Source of the DNA: Vitrella brassicaformis CCMP3155
Taxonomy: Eukaryota; Protista; Chromerida
Direction: 5' to 3'
Assembly: GCA_001179505.1 (NCBI GenBank)
Contig: CDMY01000392.1
Location: 1-64,000, forward strand
DNA: 64,000 nucleotides
In this document: in pieces, positions 35,991 through 47,756 of the stretch
How the letters are laid out: every line of letters begins with the position of its first letter
How positions within the stretch are numbered: the first letter of the stretch is position 1
Position numbers and translations under genes: made by a program
Notes under the pieces: generated by a model
Told to the model about the DNA's origin: nothing
Databases searched by the model: none
Seen by the model: the letters and a program-made list of their open reading frames with translations, nothing else

Positions 35991-37462
35991 CCCGTGTGTG
36001 TGTGTGTGTGTGTGTCACAGATTGCGGCAGCACTGGAGACGAGCCAGGATGATGAGCTCCGTGAGTTACGCGAGAAGGAGGCCGCCCAGCTGGCCGCCAA
36101 GGAAGCTGACACGGAGAAACAGAAGATCCTCGCTGAGCTGCGGGTGTGTATACCCAGGGAGGCACATACCACCAACACACACAAGGGCCGAACCGAGACG
36201 TATGTGTGTTGGCGGTTTGTGTGCAGGAGAGCTTTGTGGACGGCACCGAGGGGTTGTTTGAGGACATGTTTGACAAGTCTGTCGAGCCGGAGGCGATGCA
36301 GATCCTGAGGGACTACCTCGAGCTCAAGACCAACTTCAAGGAAAAACTCCAGGAACTCGTCAAAATACTACGAGACGTACAGAAAGAGACACGTACAGAG
36401 AGAGAGGGAGAGAGACGTCACACATGCAGCCAACTTGCGTTTGTTTCAATTCCCTGTCCACCTCTGCCTGTCACCAGAGTCTGATCGAGAAGAACGAGCT
36501 CCGCCTTCAAAAAGTCAGAAAGTGAGCTGCTGGCCTCAACACCACAATCACCCTCACCACATCCACCATCCACCATCCATCCATGCATCCATGCATCTGT
36601 CCATCAGATTTGAGGCAGCGGTCAAGAAGGCCGAGGAGGACAGCGAGCAGGACGCCAAGCAGCTCCTCAAGGGCTTCCAGACACTCAAGAAGAAAGTGCT
36701 GCGGGAGGTCAACGACGAACCCATCTCGGCAGAGGAGTCTGTCAACCACCTCCTCGACGACCTGGACGACCTCCACCAGCACCTCATGACCAATGAGACC
36801 ATGCTTCAGGAGACCCTGGAGGTATGTGAGACTGTCCGGTTGTCGGTGGTTTGGGCATAGGGGTGGTGTGTGTGCAGGAGGCCTTGGATGAGTTTGAGGT
36901 GGTCATCCGGGAGTACTGCAAGTACCTCAGCGAGAAGGGCTCCGACTTCTTCAGACAGCTCGAGGAACTCGAGAAGAAATTCGCCACAAGTGAGTGGAGT
37001 GACACGCAGGCAGAGACACGACGCAGACCTCAATGTTTGTTTGTCTGCGCGTGTGGCAGGTATCACTGAGGGCGTCTCATCTGAGCTGGAGCTCTACCAG
37101 GCAAACCCCGACGACGCAGACCCCAGAAAGTAAGCAAGCCAAAACAGAGAGAGAGATACACACACACCCCAACCACCGATCGACCTGTCTGCAGGGCTCG
37201 TTTCCTTTCGTCTCGCGAGGAGCTGATGGCGTCGGTGACGGCCTTCAACGAGCACCACATCCAGCTGATTCAGTTCCGCGACGAGGACATGCAGAAGCAG
37301 ATAACGGCGTGGATGGAGGGGCTGTTCGAGCAGCACCGGCAGCGGCAGTACAGCCGGAACAGGGTGCGGCTGCAGGAGGTGCAGCAGGTGGTGGAAGAGT
37401 ACAAAGAGGAGATCACCGACGTGCTGAGGCAGTTTGAGTCCGATGAGGAGGACGATGATTGA
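35070..37462 (+). CDS. DRC3: Dynein regulatory complex subunit 3 (LRRC48)
   Basis: EPQVIDEDLL; SDS22-type LRRs ([65 protein letters not shown]) followed by a long coiled-coil region. Confidence 0.88.
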
Positions 37463-37743
37463 CTGGACATATTGGGCTGCGGGTTGGTGGGCTGCTGGGG
37501 ACGGGGCAGGGGCTTGCTGATCGGCGTGTTGTGTTCCTTTCTCTCTGGTGGATGGATATTTGTGACTGCTGGTCAATGCTGCTATTTGTATGCGTGTGTT
37601 CCATTCATCCATCCACTTATCCATGCGTCCATGCCGCAAGCGCACAGTCTTTCCATCGCGTGGCGTGACTGACAGAGACATGCTTTCCTGTATCTGTCTC
37701 TCTGAGCCCTTCAATACATAATACTTTTCAGGGCCGGGACTGA

Positions 37744-37763
37744 AGGGTTTAAACCCTAACCCT
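37744..37763. promoter_or_regulatory. Telomere-repeat-like palindrome AGGGTTTAAACCCT followed by AACCCT, upstream of U-box gene 1
   Basis: The 14-bp perfect palindrome is visible; regulatory function is inferred. Confidence 0.45.
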
Positions 37764-38033
37764 GCAGATTCCACATGGCCGTATACTCATGACTGAGGTC
37801 GCGGGAACAGGTGAGATCCGTGCGCCGGCGCCTTCCTCTAGCTGCTGAAGGCGCACAGCCAGGGCGCACAGCGGCCCTGAGGCGCGGCCGCACCGCATTC
37901 CACACGTCAATGCCACGGCGCTGCCCGTCGGCAAAGTAGCTCATCGGTAAGGGGATGATGCACCACTTGCACGCGATGTGCAGCGGGCATCTCTGACAGC
38001 GAGCCCTTCTTCTCTCTGCTGGTGTGTGTGCAG

Positions 38034-40055
38034 ATGCTTCCCTTCTTTGGCCATGGCTCGTCCTCGGGCACTCGGCCGACCGGTCAGAGAGCTCAGGGCG
38101 CCTCATCCAACAACGGCGCCCGACCCCCCGCACCGGTGGCTCGGCCGCATCCCAGCCCTGCTGCGCAAGTGATGGCAGCCCGTCCCGCGGCCTCACACGG
38201 CCAGCAAAGTGCGGCCGCTGCTGCTCCGGCTGCTGCGTCGGCCCCAAACCGTCCCCCCGTCCCGCAGGAGCAACAGCAGGGCCCTTCCATGCGTCTGCCC
38301 GTCGCTCAATACGCCGTCACCAACAACAGCGCTCCCCCCGTCCTGGCCTTGGCCGCCGCACCCCCTTCACCCTCGCAAGGCCAGCAGGCAGCTGCGGCAG
38401 CAGCAGCTGCCTGCTGGCCATGTCCGTATCCGTACCCGACACCGTACGGATATCCGTATCCGTACCCGACACCGTACGGATACCATCCAGACAGATACCC
38501 TGGCGTTGCCGTCCCCTCCTACGCTGTCGGCTCCTCGCAGCTGCACGAGGCAGGGCGTGGGCGTGGGGGGTTGCGCATCAATATCCCAGTGACGACGCTG
38601 GTGCAGGTGCGCAACCCCCTGGGCCACCCCAATGACGACGCTGGTCTAGGTGGTGCACCAGCGGCAGCAGCAGCAGGTGGCCAACCGCCGGTGAAGGTTC
38701 CGCGGCTGCCGGACGATGTGTGCAAGTTCATCGACGACCTGCGGGAGAAACCAGGTACCAGATACGCGGCCGCACTGGCCCGCACCCGCACCAAACGTCT
38801 GATTGATGGTGTGTGTCCTTATTTGTGTGCAGAATTCCTTCCCCGGTGCCCCATCACGTTGGGCGTTCCCCACCAGCCAGTGCACAGCGCCACCTCCCAG
38901 ACGATATACGAGTACGAAGCCATCTGTCACCACCTCGACCGCGTAAGTGAGAGGGAGGGGACCACCACAGCACAGCAGCATTGACCAAAGGACACGCCAC
39001 TCCACTCCCCCCTATCTTTCGGTTTGATGGACAGAGCGGCCGCAGCCCCACCAGCAGGCAGCGACTGACCAAGGACGGCCTCGTCGCCGACCGCAATGCG
39101 CTCAGGTTCATCGAGGGCTGGGCAAGGGACCAGATGCAGAAAGACCAGAACAAGAGAGGCGGCCCGCCGGGCGGCAACGGGGCATCGAAGCGCCAGAGGG
39201 TCGAGGGGAATGGTTGTAGCGGGCAGGGAGAGGGGCGGGAGGGGGTAGTGGCTGACGATGACGAGGAAGGCTCGCCCACGACGGCCGTCGTCCTGGGGCG
39301 ACCTCCCGCCAACCTTATTAGCGCGGTGAGTGACCTTAAGGGAAGGCACGCCGATGAATGCATGTAGCGGCATGTGTTGTGTTGTGTTGTGTTGTGTCAG
39401 GTCAAGGCCGCCCCCGAGACGGTGCTGACGGGCATGATGCAGTGGTTTGGCGAACTCCACACCCACGCCGAGCCGTCCGACAAGCAGGTCAGGGAGATGC
39501 ATAGGGGCGGTGACCTGGCGCACACACCAAGTCAGACAATGGATGCTGCTTGATATTTGTCTCTGTTGGCCAGGTAGATCACCTGAAGGAGATTTTGCGC
39601 CTGTACCCTACCGTCGACGACCTCTTCCGCGAGTGGCTGTGCTCATCCGTCCCACCCAAAGGCGAGGCCACCAGCACCCGTATGTACAGATGGGCAGATG
39701 CACCCAAAAGTGCCATTTTCATACCGAGGTTGTCTTGTGTCTTGCGTGTTCAGCTGGTGGTGCCGCAGCGGCAGCTGCTGCTGCCGCTGGTGATGGTGAT
39801 GGTGATGGTGATGGTGATGGTGATGGTGGCGTTGGTGGGGGGCACTGCTGGCCCTGGTGGAGGAAAGGGTGGTTCTCCCGCCCTTGGACGCACACCAACA
39901 CCGGTAAGCCGCGAGGATGGATGGATGGATGGATGGGCTTGCAAACATTGTATGTGTGCGCGTGTGCAGATGATAGCTACTCGGACGTTGCCAACGTCAC
40001 CTTCAAGACGGGCGTGTCGGCCATCCTGCGGGAAATGTACCCTGGCACCACATGA
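38034..40055 (+). CDS. U-box domain protein, copy 1 (putative E3 ubiquitin ligase)
   Basis: EFLPRCPITLGVPHQPV...QTIYEYEAICHHLDR | SGRSPTSRQRLTKDGLVADRNALRFIEGW follows the U-box pattern (CPIT, P-V, TYE-AI, SP-R-L, L-x-x-W). An upstream exon may exist. Confidence 0.75.
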
Positions 40056-40453
40056 GCTCATTGTCGACCCAGATAGACTGTCTATATCGAATCGTCGTTC
40101 CTATGTATCCCCCGCACGAACGGGCTGCACACCGTTGGAAAAGGGAAACGACCCGTTGTTTGGGAGGATGTGTGAAAAGTGGATGGATGGATGGATGGAT
40201 GAAAGCACACGTCACTCGCGTCCACCGAAACCCTCCAAACTGCAGATGAGCGGCGATTCCCCTTTCTTTCTCCGGCCCGCATGCTCAAACTGACGCTCAA
40301 ACTGACGCCTACCTGTTTCCGCTTACCGTTCTGGAGACTCGGAGACGGCCGGGCCCCCAGGCCCCACCTTCAAGTAAAGTTCGCAACCGCCTTTGCAGCT
40401 AATCTTCTTTCTTGGCCTGTCGCCGTCTTGTGTCGGTTCACTCACCGCCGACC

Positions 40454-41757
40454 ATGCTGTTCCTTTTGTGCATGCTCCTGCTGTGTTCACCTTCCGGGTG
40501 CATACATTATCGGGACTCCACTGCAATGGCTGCCAATGACACAGCAACGACCGGCGTCGACTATTACACGGTGAGGCAGACGCTCTCAATACGGACTGCT
40601 TGTCGCATGATCTCGATTCACTTTAGATCTGTGTGGTGTCGGACTTTCACCTGCGATCGCCACGGTCAGTGAGTGCGCTCATTCATCGGGCGGGCGTGCG
40701 ACTAAGCGCATAGCTTGGTCCATTCATTTGTCGTGCAGGTCACAGCAGGCCGGGACTCTGAAGGTCGTCAACGACTTCTTCGAGAGACACGCGGATCCCA
40801 ACTACATCAAAAAGAAGAAACTTGCCCATGTCGTCTTCCTCGGCGATGTGTTCGAGTGCTGGCTCACCCCATTGGATGAGGAGTGTCCCACAATGGAGCA
40901 GCAGCTTACGGATGAGAACGAGAAATACGGAGTTGCGTTCCCTGGTAGGTCAGACAGGCGTTTTCTTCACACAAACTTTGTCCATGTGTGTACATATTGA
41001 ATGAATACAGACATCATCCAGAAGATAAAGCGGATCCACACCGAGGGCGGCGCTACTGTGTGGATCATGAGAGGTGGAGACACGCGAAACATATACATAG
41101 ATACACCCATACAGACAGAAGAAAAGTATGCGCCGCGCCTTTCTTTCCTCCCTCCCTCCCTCCCTCCCTCCCCCCCTCCCTCCCTCAGGCAACCACGACG
41201 ACCGGCTCGACCGAGGGCTGGTCGAGGAGCTCTTCGGTACGTACGTCGGTACATGCACGCACGGGGATGATGCATGGAAGGAACCCACCGATTCTCGCTG
41301 CATGCACTCTGCGTATTTGTGTCTGTGTGTGCGTGTGCGTGTGCGTGTGAGTATGTGTAGGAGAAGATGTCAACTACCTTGAAGATCAGATCGGCTTTCC
41401 GTCTGTAAGGGACATAGGAAGGCCCGCAAGACACAGAGACATATATACCTATAACAGCCCGTATGTATCGTATGTATGTATGTATGTGTCTGTTTCCTTG
41501 TTTTTCTTTTTTGCAGAAGGACAATCCTCTCGTCAAGATGGAGCACGGCCATCTGAATGATTTGTTCAATCGTCCTGACCCGTACGGGCGTCCCACATAC
41601 GGCGAATACATCACCAGGTGCCAGGCTGACGCATGGGTGCACCACCGGAACGAAGCCGATCAGCCGCAAAGCACAAAGGATGCCGCAGAACAAGGAGTAA
41701 ACGCGAAGCAATTGCAAAATGGTCGCATGAGATCCTCGCAATCTGTGTGTGTCTCCG

Positions 41758-41789
<32 letters not shown>

Positions 41790-43452
41790 TGTGTGTGTCT
41801 ATTTGTGTTTATGTGTGCCACGATCGATGCATATAAAAGAAAGAGAAAGTCAAATGGGCCTGGTTGCTGCCTGAGGCGACCAATACCTGGCTTAAGGAGG
41901 CTGCGGGCGCTTCATCATTCCCTGTGTACAGCGAGACGTTCCGCGGGGGTATCAGGCTGCTCCGGCGCTCGTGGATTGGGCGATTTCTGTCGGGCAAATA
42001 CATGCACAGCATGTACGCACGCACACACGCCTATGACTGTAATCAGAACCATTTCCTTGGACTTGGACTTCGTTGTCTGCATTCGCACATACATACAGCA
42101 TCGAGAATGGCTTCCACAACCTCGCGTGAGTGCCCACCAACAAACAGGGCACGCCACTACTACTACGCCATTCTCTCTCTCTCTCTCCCTCTCTCTCTCG
42201 CTCTCTGTGTGTCTGTGTGTGTGTGTGTGTGTGTGCGCGCATCTTCCAGCAAGAGCGTGATACTGGGCGACTGCAAATTTGACAAGGAGACACCGGATGA
42301 CAAATTGAAGCAGATCATTTTCAAAGGCCAGGTAAGTACTTGGGTGATCCTGAACAGCTATCTCATCCTTCGCATGTCTCTCTCATGTGGAATGAATGAC
42401 ATAGCGCGAGGTCAAGAACCAGGATGGCACGAGCGGGTCCACACCCTTGATGCCCGACGAAAACATGTACGACATCATCAACAGATACGCGACGCTGCCG
42501 GGAGATTTCCACACGAAGGGTTCGCTGTCGGAGGACTACATCAAGGAGCTGCTCATCGGGTAAGTACTTACTTACGGCAATCACTCACTCAGGAAGAGAT
42601 GCATCCACGCACACTTACATGATTTTTTCTCGACGCAGCTCTACGTCAAACCAAGAGTTCTTCGGTATGCATACGTGAAAGAGAATCAGTCCTCGCAAGC
42701 TTTCTTTACCACGTGGCGCTTTTTGCTCAGTATGCAGCGAGCCTTACGCCCTTGTCACCGTGAGACGATCGACAACCACAACGAAACGACCGCCTGTGTC
42801 TCGACTGACTTGGTGTGTATGTACGTTTTTGTCTGTTGTGTGTCTGGTCTGCCGTAGGTCATGGGCCACACACACAGTACTTACTTCAGCATATATTCCC
42901 GAGATCCTGTCACTGTATCGCGGTGTGTGTACACGTGTGTCTCCTTGTTTTTCTGTCTGTCTGCCTTGTTGTTGCACCTCACTTGTAGACCACTACTTGC
43001 GCAAGTTCGACAAATACAACGGAGAGGGGAAGATCATCTACGCAAATACAGGTGAGTGCGTGAGTGACCACGAGGCCTCCATTCAAGCTGTGCTCTTCGC
43101 ACGTACGTGCATCAAGGCGGCTGGACCGACGCAGCCGAGAAGGTTAGCCAGGCCCTGAATCCCACCCACTCGCGAGACATGAGTTGAGTTGAGTTGATGG
43201 CTCCCTGCACTGCATGTGTGTGCGTCCGTACCTGCCTGCGAGCAGACGATTGTGGACATGAAGATGGCCGCATCAGACGACTACCCGCTGCGTGTGGAGC
43301 GCTACAAATGGAACAAAGGGCAAGCGAATTGGATAGACAGGCAGACAAACACACACACACACACACACAGACAAAAAGAGAGAGAGAGAGAGAGAGACAG
43401 ACGGTCATCCAGGCCTGCTTGGCAGACCAAGGCTCCTTTTCCTCGTGTATGA
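40454..43452 (+). CDS. Secreted calcineurin-like metallophosphoesterase, LpxH/UDP-2,3-diacylglucosamine hydrolase-like; many exons
   Basis: Signal peptide MLFLLCMLLLCSPSG. After splicing the motifs appear in order: VVSDFH, FLGDVFECW, MRGNHD (split by an intron), MEHGH.NDLFN, VMGHTH, YANTGGW. Confidence 0.85.
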
Positions 43453-44588
43453 CGACAGGAAGCCTAAGCTCCTCGCTGCTCTGAACACCAAGGAGAGCGC
43501 CACGCGCGAGGTCTTGGTCGGCGAATGGGAGGAACAGGCAAGCATGCAAGGGGAGAAGGACGACACATAAGCATGCAGGACGCATTCCCGTCTGCATATG
43601 TATGTGTGTGTGTCTTACTAATCAACTGATCAGGACAAGCCCGATCCGCTGCAGAACGATGAGGATGGAGAGAGCGGCGAGGCGCTGCATCATGAGAGCT
43701 GGAGCGAGTGGCTCAGGCGCCTGGGCGCGAAAATCACGAAGCCCTTCCACTGAAACACACACGCACACCCACACACAGACAATTGCCTGCCGACAGACAC
43801 ACACGCATACACACCCGTTGGGGGTCGGGGCTTTTCCAGTGAGTACCCTCACACACAAGGAAGTGAGGCTGCATGGGGTGGTCGGGTGACCCAAAGCAAA
43901 CGAGGGGAGTGAGTGTCATGCAGACAGACAGACAGACCTGACGAATGCGATCGCGAGGACACTGAAGTGTGATAATCTTGTGGAGCGCTGGGGCAGTGTG
44001 CCTAGGCAATGATTTACGTGCAGCCATAAGATTCTGCTCAATCTGTCAATCACCTTGGCGCGACGGAAGCCAGACCCTGGCCGCGCACGAGATGCCGTCT
44101 GCAAGACGACCACCTGCAAAGCACGTGCACATGCCCATCAACAATAGCGTGCAGATGATTGACTCACACCTCACCGAGGTCAGGCGGGTAGGAGGGGGAA
44201 CGTCGATCTCGCGCCCGGAAACCCTCCACACTGAACCCTGCACAATTTAACCCTACAGACGAGCGGCGACTCCTTTCTCCCGCATACGCCAACCATCTGT
44301 GTGCGTGGCCGTATACTCGTGACTGAGGTCGCGGGAACAGACGAGATCGGTGCGCCGGCGCCAGCGCCTTCCTCTCGCTGCTGATTCAGTGCTGAAGGCG
44401 CACAGCAGTGCTGGGGCGGGGCCGCATCGCATTCGACGCGTCAATGTCATAGCGCTGCCCGTCGGCAAAGTAGCTCATCGGTAAGGGGATGATGCACCAC
44501 TCACACGCGATAGTCACGCGATGTACCGTAGCGATGTCCAGCGGGCATCTCTGACAGCGAGCCCTTCTCTCTGCTCGTGTGTGTGCAG

Positions 44589-46612
44589 ATGCTTCCCTTC
44601 TTTGGCCATGGCTCGTCCTCGGGCACTCGGCCGACCGGTCAGAGAGCTCAGGGCGCCTCATCCAACAATGGAGCCCGACCCCCTGCACCGGCGGCTCGGC
44701 CGTATGCCAACCTTGCTGCTCAAGTGATGGCAGCCCGTCCCGCGGCCTCACAAGGCCAGCAAAGTGCGGCCGCTGCTGCTGCTGCTCCGGCTGCTGGTGC
44801 TGCTGCAGCTGCCCCAATTCGTCCCCCCGTCCCACAGGAGCAACAGCAGGCCCCTCGCGCGCGGGTGCCTATGCAGCTGGGCGTGTCCCTGTCCCCCACC
44901 GCCACCGACGGCAGCTCCGCACTGCCCTCCATGTACACACAGTACCAGATGGCCCTGCAGCAGATGCACCAGCAGGCGCAGCAGATGCACCAGCAGGCGC
45001 AGCAGGCGGCACAGAGTCAGATGGCCAAGGCCATGCAGCAGGCACAGAGTCATATGGCCCTCCAGCAGCAGATGTTCCTCCAGCAGCACATGGCCCTCCA
45101 GCATCAACAGCGGCCCGGGGGTGCTGGTGCTGGTGCTGGTGTGGGCACATCCGTGGCGGCCCGACCGCCTGCTGCATACCCACGCATCACCCAGGCGGCC
45201 AGAGCCGTTAGGATGGATGAGCTCGTCACCGTCCATCGGGCTGGGACGGGCGCGGGGGGGACGGGGTCCGCAGCAGCAGCAGCAGCAGCACCAGCAGTGG
45301 CACCACCGGCTGCTGCTGCCGCAGCAGCGGCTGTGGCTGACGGTGATGGTAGTGATGGTGGGGATGGAGGCGGGACGGTGAGATTTCCGGAGCTGCCTGA
45401 TGACGTGTGCAAGTACATCGATGGCCTGCGGGAGGAGGATATACCAGGTACCAGATACGCGGCTGCACTAGCCAACGCCCACAGCAGCAGACGTGCCTTG
45501 GTGTCTGTCTTGTTGTCTTGCTTTGTCTGTGTGCAGATTTCATCCCTTCCTGCCCCATCACGTTGGGCGTGCTCCGCCAGCCTGCACTGAGCACAACCTC
45601 CCAGACCACATACGAGTACGAAGCCATCTGCGAACACCTCGACAACGTAAGGAGAGGTCAACCATTGTCTGACCAACGAACGCACCTCTTTCTCCCTTCT
45701 AATTTGATGGACAGAGCGACCGCAGCCCCTCCAGCAACAAGCGACTGAGCAAGGACGACCTCGTTCCTGACCGCTCTGCCCTCAGGTTCATCGAGGGCTG
45801 GGCGCGGGACCAGATGCAGAAGGACCAGAACAAGAGGGGCAGCCCACCGGGCGGCAACGGGGCATCGAAGCGTCAGAAGCTCGAAGGGGGTAGTGGTCCG
45901 GCTGCGGCAGCATCAGCATCAGCAGCAGCGGCAGCGGCCGCTGGTGGTGGTGGTAGGAAGGGAGAGGGGCGGAAGGTGATAGATTTGGCTGGCGACGACG
46001 ATGGCGGGGAGGCGGTGACGGTGACGGCCGTCGTCCTGGGGCGCCCTCCGGCGGGGCTTCTTAGCGCGGTGAGTCAGCTCAAGAGCACGCACGCTTGCCA
46101 GGGGAGTTGGGAAACGGCGGATGTTATTGATGCCTTCTGTTGTGTTGTATTGTGCTGTGTGTGTCAGGTCAAGGCCGCCCCCGAGACGGTGCTGACGGGC
46201 ATGATGCAGTGGTTTGGCGAGCTCCACACCCACGCCGAGCCATCGGACAAGCAGGTCAGGCGTCCACACCAACACGTGACACACAGGTGGATGCGTGTCG
46301 TTTTTGGTCAGGTAGCTGAGTTGAAGAAGGTGTTGTCTCGAAGCACGCGTGTCGAGCGGGCCTTCCGCGAGTGGCTGTGCTCATCTGTCGCACCCAACAA
46401 CGAGGCCACCAGCCCCCGGGGGTGGTTCTCCCGCCCTCGGACGCACACCAACACCGGTAAGGTTGGACGATGGTTGGGTGGACGGCTGCAATTGCAATCA
46501 TGGTGTGTGTGTGTGTGTGTGTGTAGATGATAGCTATTCGCGCGTTGCCAACGCCACCTTCAAGACGGGCGTGTCGGCCATCCTGCGGGAAATCTACCCT
46601 GGCACCACATGA
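44589..46612 (+). CDS. U-box domain protein, copy 2
   Basis: Same N-terminus MLPFFGHGSSSGTRPTG; DFIPSCPITLGVLRQP...QTTYEYEAICEHLDN | SDRSPSSNKRLSKDDLVPDRSALRFIEGW; same C-terminus FKTGVSAILRE.YPGTT*. Confidence 0.75.
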
Positions 46613-47756
46613 GCTCATGGTCGACCCACATAGATTGCATGTGTGAATCAATCGTTCTCTGTATGGTGCCTACATGTGCATAGCTGCCCACCTGCTGGTT
46701 CCTTTTTTATCGCTTTTCGTGCCTTGGTTTATCCATCGCTGCCTCCCTCCCTCCCTGCCTCTGTGCATACTCACAGACCTGCCTTTTTCCATCGCTGTCC
46801 GTTCTTCCACATACCTATCCATCGCTGTCCGTTCCTCTCTCTGTACAGATGCGATGCATGTGTGTCTATGGCAGATCTGGATGGATGGATGGATGGATGC
46901 GGCGCACACATTGCATGTGGTCCAGCAGCTCCTGCAGTGTCTGTGTGCATGGTGTGACGGTGGAGGCGGCAGACGAATGGACTCGGTCGCGCACACACGT
47001 GACAGAGAGCATTTGGACGCCGCGTCGACAGTCGCACCCGGCACAGCAGAGAGGGCTCCACACATGTGCGCACGAACAGACAGAATGTCAGCCGGTCCAC
47101 CCACCAGGTGTCTTGTACGCGTGTCGTTCGTCCTGCCTTTCTGCATGCCTGCCATGCCTGTGTGCCTTGGCTGCCTGTCTGTCTGTAGCGTCATGTCATT
47201 GGTTTGGCTGGTTGTGCCATGTCCGGTTCGCGTGGGTGCCGTTGCATGGCCAGGCTGCATCCATGTTGGCCCTTCTACCAGATGGGCCAGCAGGTGTTCG
47301 GCCCCGCTGTGCAATGAAGCCGCATGAACGGGTGTGAACCGCATGAGTGTCTCGCGTGAAAGAGCTCGAGCGGACAGAAGAGAGGAGTGCAGCTGCCTTA
47401 CGGTTGCTTGTGTTGGGTGGGCAAACGTCACGTGTACATCTGTGGCCGGATGAATGGGATGGATGGGCCGACAGATGTTCACGCTCGATCCAGAAATTGG
47501 TACAGGGCGAGGTGCGGACCGACGTTTCCTTTTTACGCGTGCGTGTGTGTGCAGTGAACGCCGTTTGTGTGTGTGTGTGTGTGTGTGATGTGCATGTGGG
47601 GCGAGTGCATGAAGCTTGTGCACAGACAGAGCAACATCGGGACCCTCAAACGACGACGGACTCATTCGAAACACACAGACAACGATCACAAGCCATTAAC
47701 CTTCCATGTCTCCACACCTCCCACACACACGCCATCCCACCAGCCAGCAGGCCCAT

